From NCBI RefSeq assembly GCF_006345805.1, contig NC_043019.1, positions 6,261,360 through 6,325,359 on the forward strand: a stretch of DNA of 64,000 nucleotides, written 5' to 3'. Positions 63,311-64,000 of this stretch are shown piece by piece. The notes beneath the pieces are model-generated. The model was not told the origin of the DNA. It did no database searches and saw nothing but the letters and a program-made list of their open reading frames with translations. The first letter of the stretch is position 1, and every line of letters starts with the position of its first letter. A program made the translations under genes and the position numbers. This stretch comes from Octopus sinensis. Lineage: Eukaryota.

Positions 63311-64000
63311 ACTTTCTCTCTGTCACTCTGACTATCTTTCTGCGTGTGTACGTACGTATAAATTTATGTATAAATCAGCCTTCACCACCACCTCTTTCAT
63401 CAATACCAACATTAAAACCAATGAAAGCACAGCCCATTACCAACACACTAACTCTTTAATGGCCAACCACCACAGTAGCATTACTATGAACAAGATAAGC
63501 AATTCTGTCTAAAATAAAAACACAATGACACGAGATAATACCCAGATGTATTTTAAAAGTTGAATAAATATTTTTGATCATTCATCAATAAAAATTGACT
63601 TAATATCATACAGTAACGATGATACATTTACAATAACACTATGACTATCGTCACCACCGCCATGATCACTATCACCAACACCAAAACCAGCAAAACGAAC
63701 ATTATTACCACTATCAATCTAACAACTTTTGAATAACTAAATGTTGACAACTATAATAGTATTAGTATGATATCAATGTATGTATCTACATATATTGTAT
63801 ATCAGCACAACGCAAGGTGTATGCGCGGATGTATGTGCATGTATGTGCGTGAGAGATTAGACTGTACAGTTTTTATGGTTTAAATCAGATGTGCCGATGA
63901 ACCTGATAAACCTACAACTAACTATAATTGTAAGTACATTCTCTCACCTTATTCCTTCGCTCGTTTATCATATTTCCATTCTTATATATATATATTACTC

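Overview
Eukaryotic, AT-rich, extremely repeat-dense DNA, most likely intergenic or intronic sequence from an octopod cephalopod (inferred from the tRNA-derived SINE families and the long (TATG)n/(TA)n/(CA)n arrays). I can support no intact protein-coding gene; nearly all listed ORFs are microsatellite or SINE translation artefacts. The window is a mosaic of decayed mobile elements: R4/Dong-like, CR1-like, RTE-like and CRE-like non-LTR retrotransposons; Penelope-like fragments with minimal hammerhead ribozyme motifs; a 3.8-kb hAT transposon with nested insertions; mariner elements; hAT-type MITEs; a MITE carrying (TTAGGG)n; four non-autonomous Helitrons; and about 40 SINE copies in three families. 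There is a 100-N gap at 44142-44241. The most notable leads are a ~360-bp near-perfect inverted repeat around a Penelope ORF start plus hammerhead (42524-43507), a related near-intact hammerhead at 31204-31251, R4/Dong-like copies joined to (CATA)n arrays (possible microsatellite targeting), and a start-less 254-codon Thr/Asn/Ala-rich minus-strand frame that might be a host exon. I did not find a clearly new biological system; these are leads. Coordinates of decayed elements are approximate.
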